Part shown: positions 52,639-64,000 of the stretch, in pieces
How the letters are laid out: every line of letters begins with the position of its first letter
Numbering within the stretch: position 1 is the stretch's first letter
NCBI GenBank assembly: GCA_000388065.2
Contig: KB932206.1
Reading direction: 5' to 3' (one strand)
Length of the DNA stretch: 64,000 bases
Source: Fonticula alba ATCC 38817
Taxonomy: Eukaryota > Protista > Nucleariida
Translations under genes and position numbers: made by a program
Notes under the pieces: model-generated
Seen by the model: the letters and a program-made list of their open reading frames with translations, nothing else
Database searches by the model: none
What the model was told of the DNA's origin: nothing

Positions 52639-54355
52639 ATGGGTCGCATGTACACTCCCGGGTATGTTCAGGCTCTCTCTCTCTCTCTCTCCCCCCCTCC
52701 CCCATTGCCTCCTTTCTATGTCCACCTACGCGACCCCCCCCCACCACCTCCCCTACTCTCCCCTCCCTCTCCTGCCACCACGATGTGGTCTCCAAAAACC
52801 CAACCCCGCAGAATGTCTGCGTGTAAGGTGTGGGCGCCTCCCCCTCGTAGGGGAGGGCGTCCCGTCGGCGAGCGCGTCTTTCTCTTTCTCTCTCGTTCTG
52901 CCTCTTCACCATTGAGGAGGAGTCCGAGGGGGCGCGTCTGTCGATGGGCCGTGCATTTCCGCCTCACCAAGCAACAGTGCCCCCTGAGGCCGAGCGGCTC
53001 GCCCTCTCTCTCTCCCCCCCCCTTTTGGCCGGTGATACGGCTCCCCCCCCCCAAAAGAGAGAGAGAGGGCCCTTGCTCGATGGGCTGCGTCACTTTGCGC
53101 GTGAGCCTTCCCCCTCCTCCCGATGTCCCCCCTTCCCCTCTGGGTGCCTGGGTGCGCTCCGCCTTCTTCCCCCCTGCTCGGGGAGGAGGCGGGGCTGTCT
53201 CTCCTCAGGCACACAACAGCGGCAAGGGTGGGGCCCGGGGCCGGAGCGCGGCGGAAGGTGACCGCGTGGGTGTTTCGCGGATCCACCTCAGTTCTGGGGC
53301 CAGTTGTCTGTTTACACTCATTCCTTCCTGCCGGTCCTTGTGGTGCTTGGCCAGACTGTCTCTCTCCGGTGTCATGGGGAAGGGGGGGGGGCTCGGGGGC
53401 GCGCGGCTATCAGCTCGTGTGTGTGTGTGTGTGTGGAAGGTCTTCCTCTTCGCTGGCAGCTCCACACCTCGCGTGTGCGCGTGCAGGTGTCCTCTTGCCG
53501 CGACCAAGCAGCGGCTGTGCCCCCCCCCTATTCCCCCTTGATCCTGTGTGCTCGCCCTGTTGCATCGTATGTCGCGGCGCCCCGCGGCTGCTCCCAGGTC
53601 TCTTTTGTTCCTGGAGCGGCGGGGGGCTCCTTCTTCTCGCACGACTTGCACTGGGGGCCGGAGTCCACTCGGTCGTTGGGGGAGGGGGCGTAGTGTGGTG
53701 CATGCCGGTGTTTGTGTGTGGCCATGCTTGCGCGCATGGGGCAGCCGGTCAAGCCGACTCCTCCTAGCACACACGCCCGCGTGCGCGCGCTTGCGTGCTC
53801 TCCCTCCTCCTCCCTCCGTCGCCGCGCGCGCGCGCGCGCCACCCAGGAGTGCCCCCATATGCTGACTGTGTTCCTCCCCCCCCCCCTCTCTCTCTCTCTC
53901 TGCTCCCCCCCGTCCTTCGCAGTAAGGGCAAGGCTCGCTCCTCCCTCCCCTACAGCCGCGCCGCCCCCTCTTGGGTCCCGGTCTCCTCCGACAAGGTTGT
54001 CGAGCTGATCTGCCACCACGCCCGCCGTGGTATGCCCCCTTCCCAGATTGGCTCCCTCCTGCGTGATGCCCACGGTGTCCCCAAGATCCAGTCCATCACC
54101 GGTAACAAGATCGTCCGTATCCTGAAGGCCAACGGCCTCGCCCCCGAGATCCCTGAGGACCTGTACCAGCTCGTCAAGAAGGCCGTCTCCATCCGCAAGC
54201 ACCTCGAGCGCTTCCGCAAGGACAAGGATGCCAAGTTCCGCCTGATTCTCGTCGAGTCCCGCATCCACCGCCTGGCCCGCTACTACCGCACCGCCGGCAC
54301 CATCCCCCCCAACTGGAAGTACGAGTCCTCCACCGCTTCCGCCATGGTTGCCTAA
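52639..54355 (+). CDS. RPS13: 40S ribosomal protein S13 (uS15)
   Basis: Exon 52639-52661 (MGRMYTPG), 1261-nt intron GTATGT...GCAG, exon 53923-54355 ([10 protein letters not shown]...[44 protein letters not shown]...[14 protein letters not shown]). Confidence 0.98.
53146..53319 (+). ncRNA. Candidate intronic box H/ACA snoRNA
   Basis: Hairpin-ANANNA(53211-53216)-hairpin-ACA(53314-53316) layout inside the RPS13 intron; folded by eye only. Confidence 0.3.
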
Positions 54356-55523
54356 GCGCGCGCGCGCCCACTCCATCGCGTGTGTGCGTGTGCTTCCCCC
54401 CCCCATCTCGCGCCCCCTCCCTCGGGCGGCCCCGGCCGCGCCTGTGCATGCGCGCCTCTCCTCTCCTCTTCGCGCCCCCTGACGGCGCGGCGAGGGGAGA
54501 GAGGTGTGACTGGCGGTCGCCGTCCGAGGGGCTCGGGCGAGGCCTCGTCTCTCTCTCTCTCTCTCTTGTCCCCCGCCCTCAGATAGCGAGAGAGACAAGA
54601 AGAGGCCGCTCGAGCGCGCGCGCGCACGGGAAAGCGAAGCACAAGCAGGCCGCGAGAGGCTGTACATTCTCTCGCTGCCAATATACATGTTTACCCTTCC
54701 TCCCTTCCCTCTCCTCCAGGGGAGGGATGGGGCCAGGGGGATGTATTCACCATTCTGCTGTTTTTTCTCTGTGCCGGTGGGGGGTATGCGCATATACAAG
54801 AGAGGCCGTCCCTGGGGTCTTCGGGGTCTCTGGGAAAGGGGAGGGGGGTTGTGCGGTCAAAATGCCTGTGGGTACCTAAGGCCGCGTGCTGAGGGCCGCG
54901 CACCCCTCCCCAGGGGTTCGAGGTATGCACCGAGCGCGTGGACCAACACCGGGAGTAAGCCTCCCGGCTGGCGGCTGCTCACGCACATGGCGCGCCTCGG
55001 TGTGCGGGCCCCTCTGACAAAGATGATACAGACAATGGACGGACTCCCTGTCGGAGGAGATTCTCCCCCGCCGTTCGCGTTGTGCCCTGTCTCGCGGGGG
55101 CGGTTGCTCTCTCACATTCGCCCCTCCCCCCCCCGGGCCCCGACACACGCGGCCCCGTGGAGAGGTACAGGGTTAGGTTTGAGGAATATCGGCGCGGGTG
55201 CAGGCCCAAGTATCAGAATGTCCCGAATAATCACGCGCAAAGAGGGCTGACACCGGTACTCCAGAACGGCCATCTGGATACCGCAGAGCGATCTGCCCCC
55301 GCCAGGGGGGTGGCACGGGCTCGCCAGCTGGGACGTCTGTGCCGGCCTTCCTCGGGGACGCATGCCGTTCGTAAGGCCCCCGGCGAAGGGACAGAGAGAG
55401 ACACACAGAGCGGAGCGTGGCGCGGCACCGAAGCACATCGAGCAGCACACAGGATCTCAAGGGAGGGGTGTTGGTGTATTGCCTTGGGGTAGGGCGCACG
55501 CCGGCTGCGCACGCATGCGCGTG

Positions 55524-56637
55524 TCAATAGACAGCGCCATCTGTGGCACACATCCATACAAGGGGCAGTTACGGTCGTCAGCAGAGGATCGTTCGGTGAG
55601 TGTCCAGTCGGGCATGCCCCTTCCGGGGAAGCAGAGGCAGCATGTCCCCGTGTCTTGCCCGCGGGCAGCAACGCACCATCACCGCCGTCATTGTAGTCAT
55701 CAAAGTCGTCGGCACCATCCTCAAAGTCTCCGTAGTCCTCGACATAGTCGTTGTCTTCGTCATCGTCATCCTCCTCCTCTTCAACAATCGGGTCGCCATT
55801 CTCGTCGACTTCCTCCTCTTCGGAGCCGACGTCCAAGTCTAGGGAGGCCGGGGGAAGGGTGGCTGGCGCGTGAGTGGTCGGCGGCCAAGGGGTCCTGCGT
55901 GCGTGCGTGCGTGCGTGCGCGTGCGTGCGCGTGCATGCGCGTATGTGCCAAAGCGTACCGTCCAGATTGGCACCGCTGCGCTCCATCTCGGTCAGCTCGC
56001 CGAGGCGAGCCATCTGCTCCTGCTGACGCGCGGCAATCCGAGCGCGGATGAGGGCTGCCCGCTCGGCCTGAGCGCGTGCCCGGTGGGCGCCGCGTGCGTG
56101 CGCGATGCGCAGCTCCTCCGGCAGGGTCCACGGCGCGGTGCGAATCGAATGCAGCCGATCATATGCGGCCGACGGGTCCAGCTCGAAACGGTCCAGGTAC
56201 ATCTCGATCTTGCGCTCGGGTGGTAGCTCGGACGTCTGTGAGGCAAAAGAAAAGCCGGACCCCTGGGCCGATTTGGCGGATCGCTCGGCCGCCACCTCGG
56301 CCGTCAGCGAGGACAGGTGGTACGGCGAGTAGCGCATGTTAATGCGGATAAACTGCGCATGACGCAGGATGCCCGGCAGGGGGACGCCGGCCCCGGTGTC
56401 CGACAAGCACTCCGGGTCCTGGGGCAGGGGCATGTTCGGCATCGGCTGTGTGGCGCCGGTGTCAGCCGTGATGGCGGTGGGTGGGTGGCCGCACTGTCAG
56501 CAGGGCGCCGGCAGGGCAGGAGCGGGGGCTGGGGCCGGGGAGGGCACGGGACAGCGAGCACGCACAGGAAAGGCCAACGGGGGGGGCTCAACGACGGTGG
56601 CCTTCCGTGGCACGTAGGCATTCTTCTTCGGGGGCAT
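55524..56637 (-). CDS. POLR3G: RNA polymerase III subunit C31/RPC7
   Basis: MPPKK start; SPYHL, IEMYLDRF and LPEEL motifs; acidic tail DEDNDYVEDYGDFEDGADD; spliced end GGD|DGAVY*, typical of the Rpc31 family. Confidence 0.8.
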
Positions 56638-57092
56638 TGTGAGTGGCGATAGCGCGGTCGCCTGCGGGCATCCGACGGGGCTGGGCCTGGGAGTAAAGGA
56701 GGGAGAAAAGGCGGAAAGGGGAGAGGGGGAAGAGGGCAAGCGGAGAAGGGGGGGGGGGGATGTTTGGGGCCACACTGGCGGCTCGTGCTTGGGGATCTAG
56801 GTCTCTTGGCAGGCCGGTGGCCGTCTTTGAGTCTTAGCCTACTGCACATTGGTGAAGGGACGTGGCCCCCGCGCCCCACCCCACAGGAGTGAGGCTGCAA
56901 CGACGAGCCATGGAGATCCCGGAGCGGCGGGCGGCCTCTTCCTCCGTTGGTACATCGGATGCCAATGGACGTGTTCGGTGTGTCCGCCGCCCGGGGCAGG
57001 CGTGTGACGTCCCAGGCCTGAGCAAGATGCACATGGCCCAAGTGAGGAAGGAGCCCCCACCGGTCGGCTGGACCCTTCGGTGCACGCGTGTG

Positions 57093-57159
<67 letters not shown>

Positions 57160-57460
57160 CTGGCACTCTTGGTGTCTCCGTCATTGCCTGTTTGGCCCTC
57201 TCGCTGTGTGTGTATGTTAGTGAGCCTTTGTGCGAAGATGCACACGCCAGGAGGAGGAGGCGCCCCAGTGTTCGGGATCAAATGCTGAATTTATTGTGAC
57301 CTACGACCCTCCAGCCGCGACTTGCGATCAGCGTCGCGCCATCTCCCGAAGAGGATGCAGGCAAGGGAGGCTGGCGCCGAGACAGCACGGCTCAGAACTC
57401 CTCCCCTCCCCTCCCGTCATCTCCTCCTCCCCCCCCCCCCCCTGCCCCCTTTCTTTCGGC

Positions 57461-57898
57461 ATGTCTTCCACTGGCTCCCTGCCCGGCACGACCCCCGGCG
57501 ATATTCGTGTGGTCGACGTCACTCCGATCTCCCCTGAGAGCGCCAACGCCATCCTGCACAAGTACGCCAACATCGCCTCCCTCCTCTGGCGATAGTTGCA
57601 GTCGACAGTCCTCCCCACCTCCCTATTCGCCATGCGGCCTCGTGCGGCACTTGCATGCTCCTTTCCCCTTCTTTCCTCACCCGGTCCATGTTTTGCCCCC
57701 TTCCTCCCCCCTGGGAGCGCCCCGCACCCTCGCCTCCTTGAGTCTCGCCTGCCTGACCTCCTCCCCCCTCCCCCCCCCCCCCCCCCCCCCCCCCCCCGCC
57801 CTGCCTGCCCGCCCGGGCCTCTGTGCAACCCGGATCTCGGTGCTCAGGTTCCTGTCCCATGATGCCCCTCTGCGCAATGTCCCGCAGGACATCCGTTC
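57461..57898 (+). CDS. Partial small protein, possibly Pol I subunit A14 (Rpa14/Ker1)-like; runs into a gap
   Basis: Exon 57461-57561, intron GTACGC...TCAG, exon 57848-57898: ...DIRVVDVTPISPESANAILHK|FLSHDAPLRNVPQDIR. Gene structure is supported; family assignment is weak. Confidence 0.4.
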
Positions 57899-58445
57899 NN
57901 NNNNNNNNNNNNNNNNNNNNNNNNNNNNNNNNNNNNNNNNNNNNNNNNNNNNNNNNNNNNNNNNNNNNNNNNNNNNNNNNNNNNNNNNNNNNNNNNNNNN
58001 NNNNNNNNNNNNNNNNNNNNNNNNNNNNNNNNNNNNNNNNNNNNNNNNNNNNNNNNNNNNNNNNNNNNNNNNNNNNNNNNNNNNNNNNNNNNNNNNNNNN
58101 NNNNNNNNNNNNNNNNNNNNNNNNNNNNNNNNNNNNNNNNNNNNNNNNNNNNNNNNNNNNNNNNNNNNNNNNNNNNNNNNNNNNNNNNNNNNNNNNNNNN
58201 NNNNNNNNNNNNNNNNNNNNNNNNNNNNNNNNNNNNNNNNNNNNNNNNNNNNNNNNNNNNNNNNNNNNNNNNNNNNNNNNNNNNNNNNNNNNNNNNNNNN
58301 NNNNNNNNNNNNNNNNNNNNNNNNNNNNNNNNNNNNNNNNNNNNNNNNNNNNNNNNNNNNNNNNNNNNNNNNNNNNNNNNNNNNNNNNNNNNNNNNNNNN
58401 NNNNNNNNNNNNNNNNNNNNNNNNNNNNCCTCGCACACATACACG

Positions 58446-60134
58446 ATGGCCCCTCCTCAGCCCATCCCCCCGAATGCGACCCTCTACAAGGCCACCAACC
58501 CGGCGTACCCCTCGCCGGGTCTCTCGCAGCGCCTCTCGCAGGCGTGGAACCTCGGGTCTCCGCCCTCCTCGGCGGCCGAGGTCGGCCTGACGCACGAGGC
58601 GTACGCGCCGAGCGTGGCTCGTGACGCCGGCCGTGCCGGTGAGGAGGAGCTCGAGGCGCATCTTGTCAAGCACCTGAACAAGTCCAAGGCCCGCGCGGTG
58701 TTCGGCAACGTGCGCATCCCGGGCGAGCTGATCACCGAGGGGACCGCCCCGCCCCGGCCGAAGCGCCGCTTTGAGGCCGATGCGGTCATTGCCCTGCCTG
58801 GCATCTGTCTGGTCGTGGAGATCAAGAACTATGGCGGGTCGATCGTCAGCTCGCCCTCCTTCCAGAACCTGACGTGCGCGCCAGCAGCCTGCCCTTTGCC
58901 GCTTGTCGCCTGGCGGCTCCTCCTCATCGGCCAGTGCTAACCATCACGCCCACGCACAAACACATGCAAACACATTCGCACCCTTTCGCGACCGGCCACG
59001 GGTCGCGACCTGCCGGGTCCCAAACTGCTCCACAGCCAGACGACCACCACCGGCCAGACGCGCAAGCATGGCAACCCGGTGTTGGAGAACCACGCCAAGG
59101 CCAAGGCCCTGCGTCAGTACCTGAAGCATGAGGGCATCGACACCCCCGAGGACTACATTGTCACCTGGTAGGGCCACACCTCCTTGGCATTTCCCTCTCC
59201 ACTTGCGTGTTTCTTTTTCTGACCCCTTCTCGGCTTGCCTTGGTCCCTCGCCGGGTTTTCAGCGTGGCCTTTGTCAATACTTCCACCGAGTACACCGGGA
59301 AGGTTGCCGAGCACCAGGACTCCCTGCATGGTGACCGCGTACGTCTCTCTCTCTCTCTCTCCCCCTCCCTCTTCCTCCATGCTTCCCCTCGGTCGTTTGT
59401 CCTGTCTCCCATGCATGCGCACCAGGGACAAGGCACGCAGATGCATATTCTTACCAAGACCCCCCCCCCCCCTGCCCCGCTGTTGGCCAACACCTCCATG
59501 ACAGTATAAGGCCTTCCTGAAGGCCGCCGAAGCCGGCCCCGAGAAGGCCGGTCTCGCTTTGCGCCAGCTCCTCCGCCCGTCGGCTGCCACTCCGTCAGAC
59601 AGCGCCACCAAGGTGGACCTGCAGAAGGTTCGCCTGATCCTGGCCTCGTTGCCCACCTGGGACGAGATTTTCATGGTCGGCGGGGCCCTGGTGCCCGGTG
59701 ACATTCGCGGTGTGCGGGTTGGCCCGGCCGAGGTGACCGATGCCTCTGGCACCCGGCCCAACCATCCCTTCCCGCTGGAGCGCCCGGAGCCCGGGGCCCT
59801 GGCCGGCAGCAACCCCACCCCGCAGACGGTGGGTCACCCGCGTGGGGGGCGTTTCATCGCCCTGATGCGGGCTCTCTCCTCGGCGCCGATGGTCAGCATC
59901 CCCGGTGTCAAGGAGCGCGTTCCTCTGTCGGATGGGTTCCTGATCTTCCGTCGGGTGGCTTCCATGGAGGATGAGGCCCTCCCCCTGTCGGCGGTCTTGC
60001 GCATCACCCTCTCGCCGGCGTGCAAGTTCGATGTCGAGGCGCGTAAGGCCTTCCTTGATCGCGAGGCCAAGCGCCAGGAGAATGCCGCGCGCCATCATGA
60101 GCGCCAGCAGAAGCAGCAGGGCGCCAAGAAGTAG
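58446..60134 (+). CDS. NERD-domain (PD-(D/E)XK) nuclease-like protein
   Basis: Exons 58446-58873, 59036-59167, 59263-59338, 59505-60134 join in frame. Motifs GRAGEEEL, FGNVRIP, EADAV, VVEIKNYGGSI, NPVLENHAKAKALRQYL. True start may lie in the gap. Confidence 0.85.
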
Positions 60135-60540
60135 CAGCTTAGAGCCACATCCAAGCGCACGTGCGTGTGTGCCATGCGCGTCCTGTCCCTTCCGGAACGA
60201 GGGCCGCATGAGGGGCACCCACCCTGCGTTGCCCTCTCTCTTTCTCTCTCCCTCCCTCCCCCCGTGGAAGTGCCATGGCGGATTCTCCTATCCCTCCCCG
60301 TTCGGAGAGAGGGGGCAACGACCCCCCCCCCCCTAACAACAATAAATTCACAACACACAAGAGAGAGAGTTTTTTCCGCCTGGAAGGGATCCGAGGAAAG
60401 GAGAGGCGGCGCTTTGATGTCCTCGGGTGGGAGATCTTGCGGGGTTTCCTCCGCCTGGCCTCCTTTTGTTCTTTCTAGCCACGTCTTCAAGCCGCGTCCC
60501 TCGCTCCGCCTGTGTGTGGCCTTTCCCTGGCATGGATCTT

Positions 60541-60591
<51 letters not shown>

Positions 60592-61008
60592 GTGGTGGTC
60601 GCTCGGGATGGGAAGACGCGGATTCAAGTCAGCCGAGGCCAATAATATCCGGCTGTGAGAGTGGGCACTTCTATCGATTGATGATCACGCGACATACACT
60701 CGCATGGCCCTTTCCCTCTCATCTTCAACTCCGGCGTCCGAATGCCTGCACGCGTCCGTGTCCGTTCGTGTCCGCCTGTGTCCGTGTTTGTGTGTGTGTG
60801 TGTGTGTGTGTGTGCATGTTTGGCTGGATGTTTCCGGGTGCCGTCTGCCCCTCCCCCCCCCCGCCCCCGGCCCGCCCCATCAAGGCACCGTTTCCCCTCC
60901 CTCCCTTCAGGGGTCCGCCCCGGGGTCCGCGCCCTGATATGACCTTCCATGCAATCCCCTCGCGCGATCCCCGTGTCCGTGCGTGCGTGCGTGCGTGCGC
61001 GCGTCTGA

Positions 61009-62587
<1,579 letters not shown>

Positions 62588-64000
62588 AGGCAAGCTGGAG
62601 AGGGGGGGGGGGGGATGGCCGGCAGGTGCGGAGAAAAGGGGCTGCGGCTTTCTTCATCTCCCCCTCTCTCGCTTGTCCGTTTGTCTTTTTCCCCTCGAGC
62701 TCATGCCCACTCTGTTTTTCTTTTTTTTTACCTCCTCGACCATGGGGCAGAAGAACGCAAAGGGGGGCGGTGGTGATACGCGCGTAGGCGACCCCCACAG
62801 CCATGTGCACATAGATGCATCTTCCTGCACCGGAGGCGCATCCGCTCCTCCTTTGGTCCCCCTCTGCTCCTCTGGATCCACCCAGCCAATACAAACACCT
62901 GTACATTATCAGCCATTGACCTGCTCGTGTTCGAGCGCCGCTCCGCGATCTCATCCTTCTTTTGTGCGCCCAATTCCGCCGCCGCCCAGGAGAGGGGGGG
63001 GGGGGGGCGGGGGGCGGAAGGCGGGGTCAAAAGCGGCGCCAGGTCGAAGGCGGATCTCTCCGCACGGTCGGCGCCGAGAAGCAGAGGCGTGCTTAAAAGC
63101 AGGATCCAGCACGGGTGGGGGTTAGTTGGCACATGCCCGTCCGTGGCGCTGGTCATGCAACGAATCACACAGAACTCCCCGGGCGTGATTCGAGAGGAGA
63201 GTGGAATGCGATTTGTGCAATAACATTACACAATGTGGCCAGCCCGAGTCGCGCGTGCGTGCTCCGAGGTCCACAGCCCGGCGCGGGGGGGGGGGGGCGT
63301 GAGCCAGAGGGGAGAGGCGTGCGTGGTAAATGGGGCGGCGAGGGCGGCCGGGGGTGGGGGCTTTTTGACTCGTTGGTGCGAGGGGCCGGCGTCCTCCCTG
63401 CGCGGCCTTTCGACCGGAGGNNNNNNNNNNNNNNNNNNNNNNNNNNNNNNNNNNNNNNNNNNNNNNNNNNNNNNNNNNNNNNNNNNNNNNNNNNNNNNNN
63501 NNNNNNNNNNNNNNNNNNNNNNNNNNNNNNNNNNNNNNNNNNNNNNNNNNNNNNNNNNNNNNNNNNNNNNNNNNNNNNNNNNNNNNNNNNNNNNNNNNNN
63601 NNNNNNNNNNNNNNNNNNNNNNNNNNNNNNNNNNNNNNNNNNNNNNNNNNNNNNNNNNNNNNNNNNNNNNNNNNNNNNNNNNNNNNNNNNNNNNNNNNNN
63701 NNNNNNNNNNNNNNNNNNNNNNNNNNNNNNNNNNNNNNNNNNNNNCGAGCGGAGAAGGCGGTGAGTCCTGCGGGAGGCAAGGGGGGGGGGGGCAACGCAG
63801 GGGGAGTCTGGGCGGCAGGATCGGGGGCCTGTCTCTGAAACTGCCATCTCGATTGCCTTTTTTTTATCGGGCCGCGGGGGAGGAGTGGGCCACACGGGGA
63901 GAGCCCGACGGTCAGCGCCTCCCCGCCCCTCTCCCCCCCCCCCCCGTGGTCGGTGCCCTTCTTTCCGGGTCACCTGTGTGGTGGTTTCCCCTCTCCGTGA

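Noticed and set aside
57461-57595. 44-aa stand-alone ORF ending LLWR*
   Set aside because: A GTACGC donor at 57562 and an in-frame downstream exon indicate that the stop codon lies in an intron.
58446-60134. NERD gene as bacterial contamination or a mobile element
   Set aside because: It has canonical spliceosomal introns and host-like codon usage, with no terminal repeats or transposase nearby.

Overview
GC-rich, intron-containing eukaryotic nuclear scaffold (standard code, GT-AG introns with CTRAC-like branch points, 14 N-gaps, many microsatellites). Gene content and nuclear NDUFS3 fit an opisthokont protist; a Fonticula-like organism is my inference and cannot be confirmed here. Genes I recognised after splicing by eye, in order: orphan Ala/Gly/His-rich protein (-), Arp10/Arp11-like actin-related protein (-), small winged-helix-like protein resembling mitoribosomal mL80 (-), NDUFS3 (+), CDC37 (-), probable ATG13 (+), large low-complexity protein with an (AAAEK)n repeat and a C2H2 finger (-), SF3B5 (+), UTP12/WDR3 (-), FG nucleoporin (-), orphan protein (+), RPS13 (+), Pol III C31/RPC7 (-), possible Pol I A14-like fragment (+), NERD PD-(D/E)XK nuclease (+), DIM1 (+). 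Best leads: the spliced NERD nuclease with an intact catalytic motif, a POM121/Nup153-like hybrid nucleoporin, an mL80-like protein head-to-head with NDUFS3, a candidate H/ACA snoRNA in the long RPS13 intron, and an A14-like gene head-to-head with RPC31. All family assignments rest on remembered motifs, not database searches. Most six-frame ORFs are GC-rich shadows or gap-spanning artefacts.
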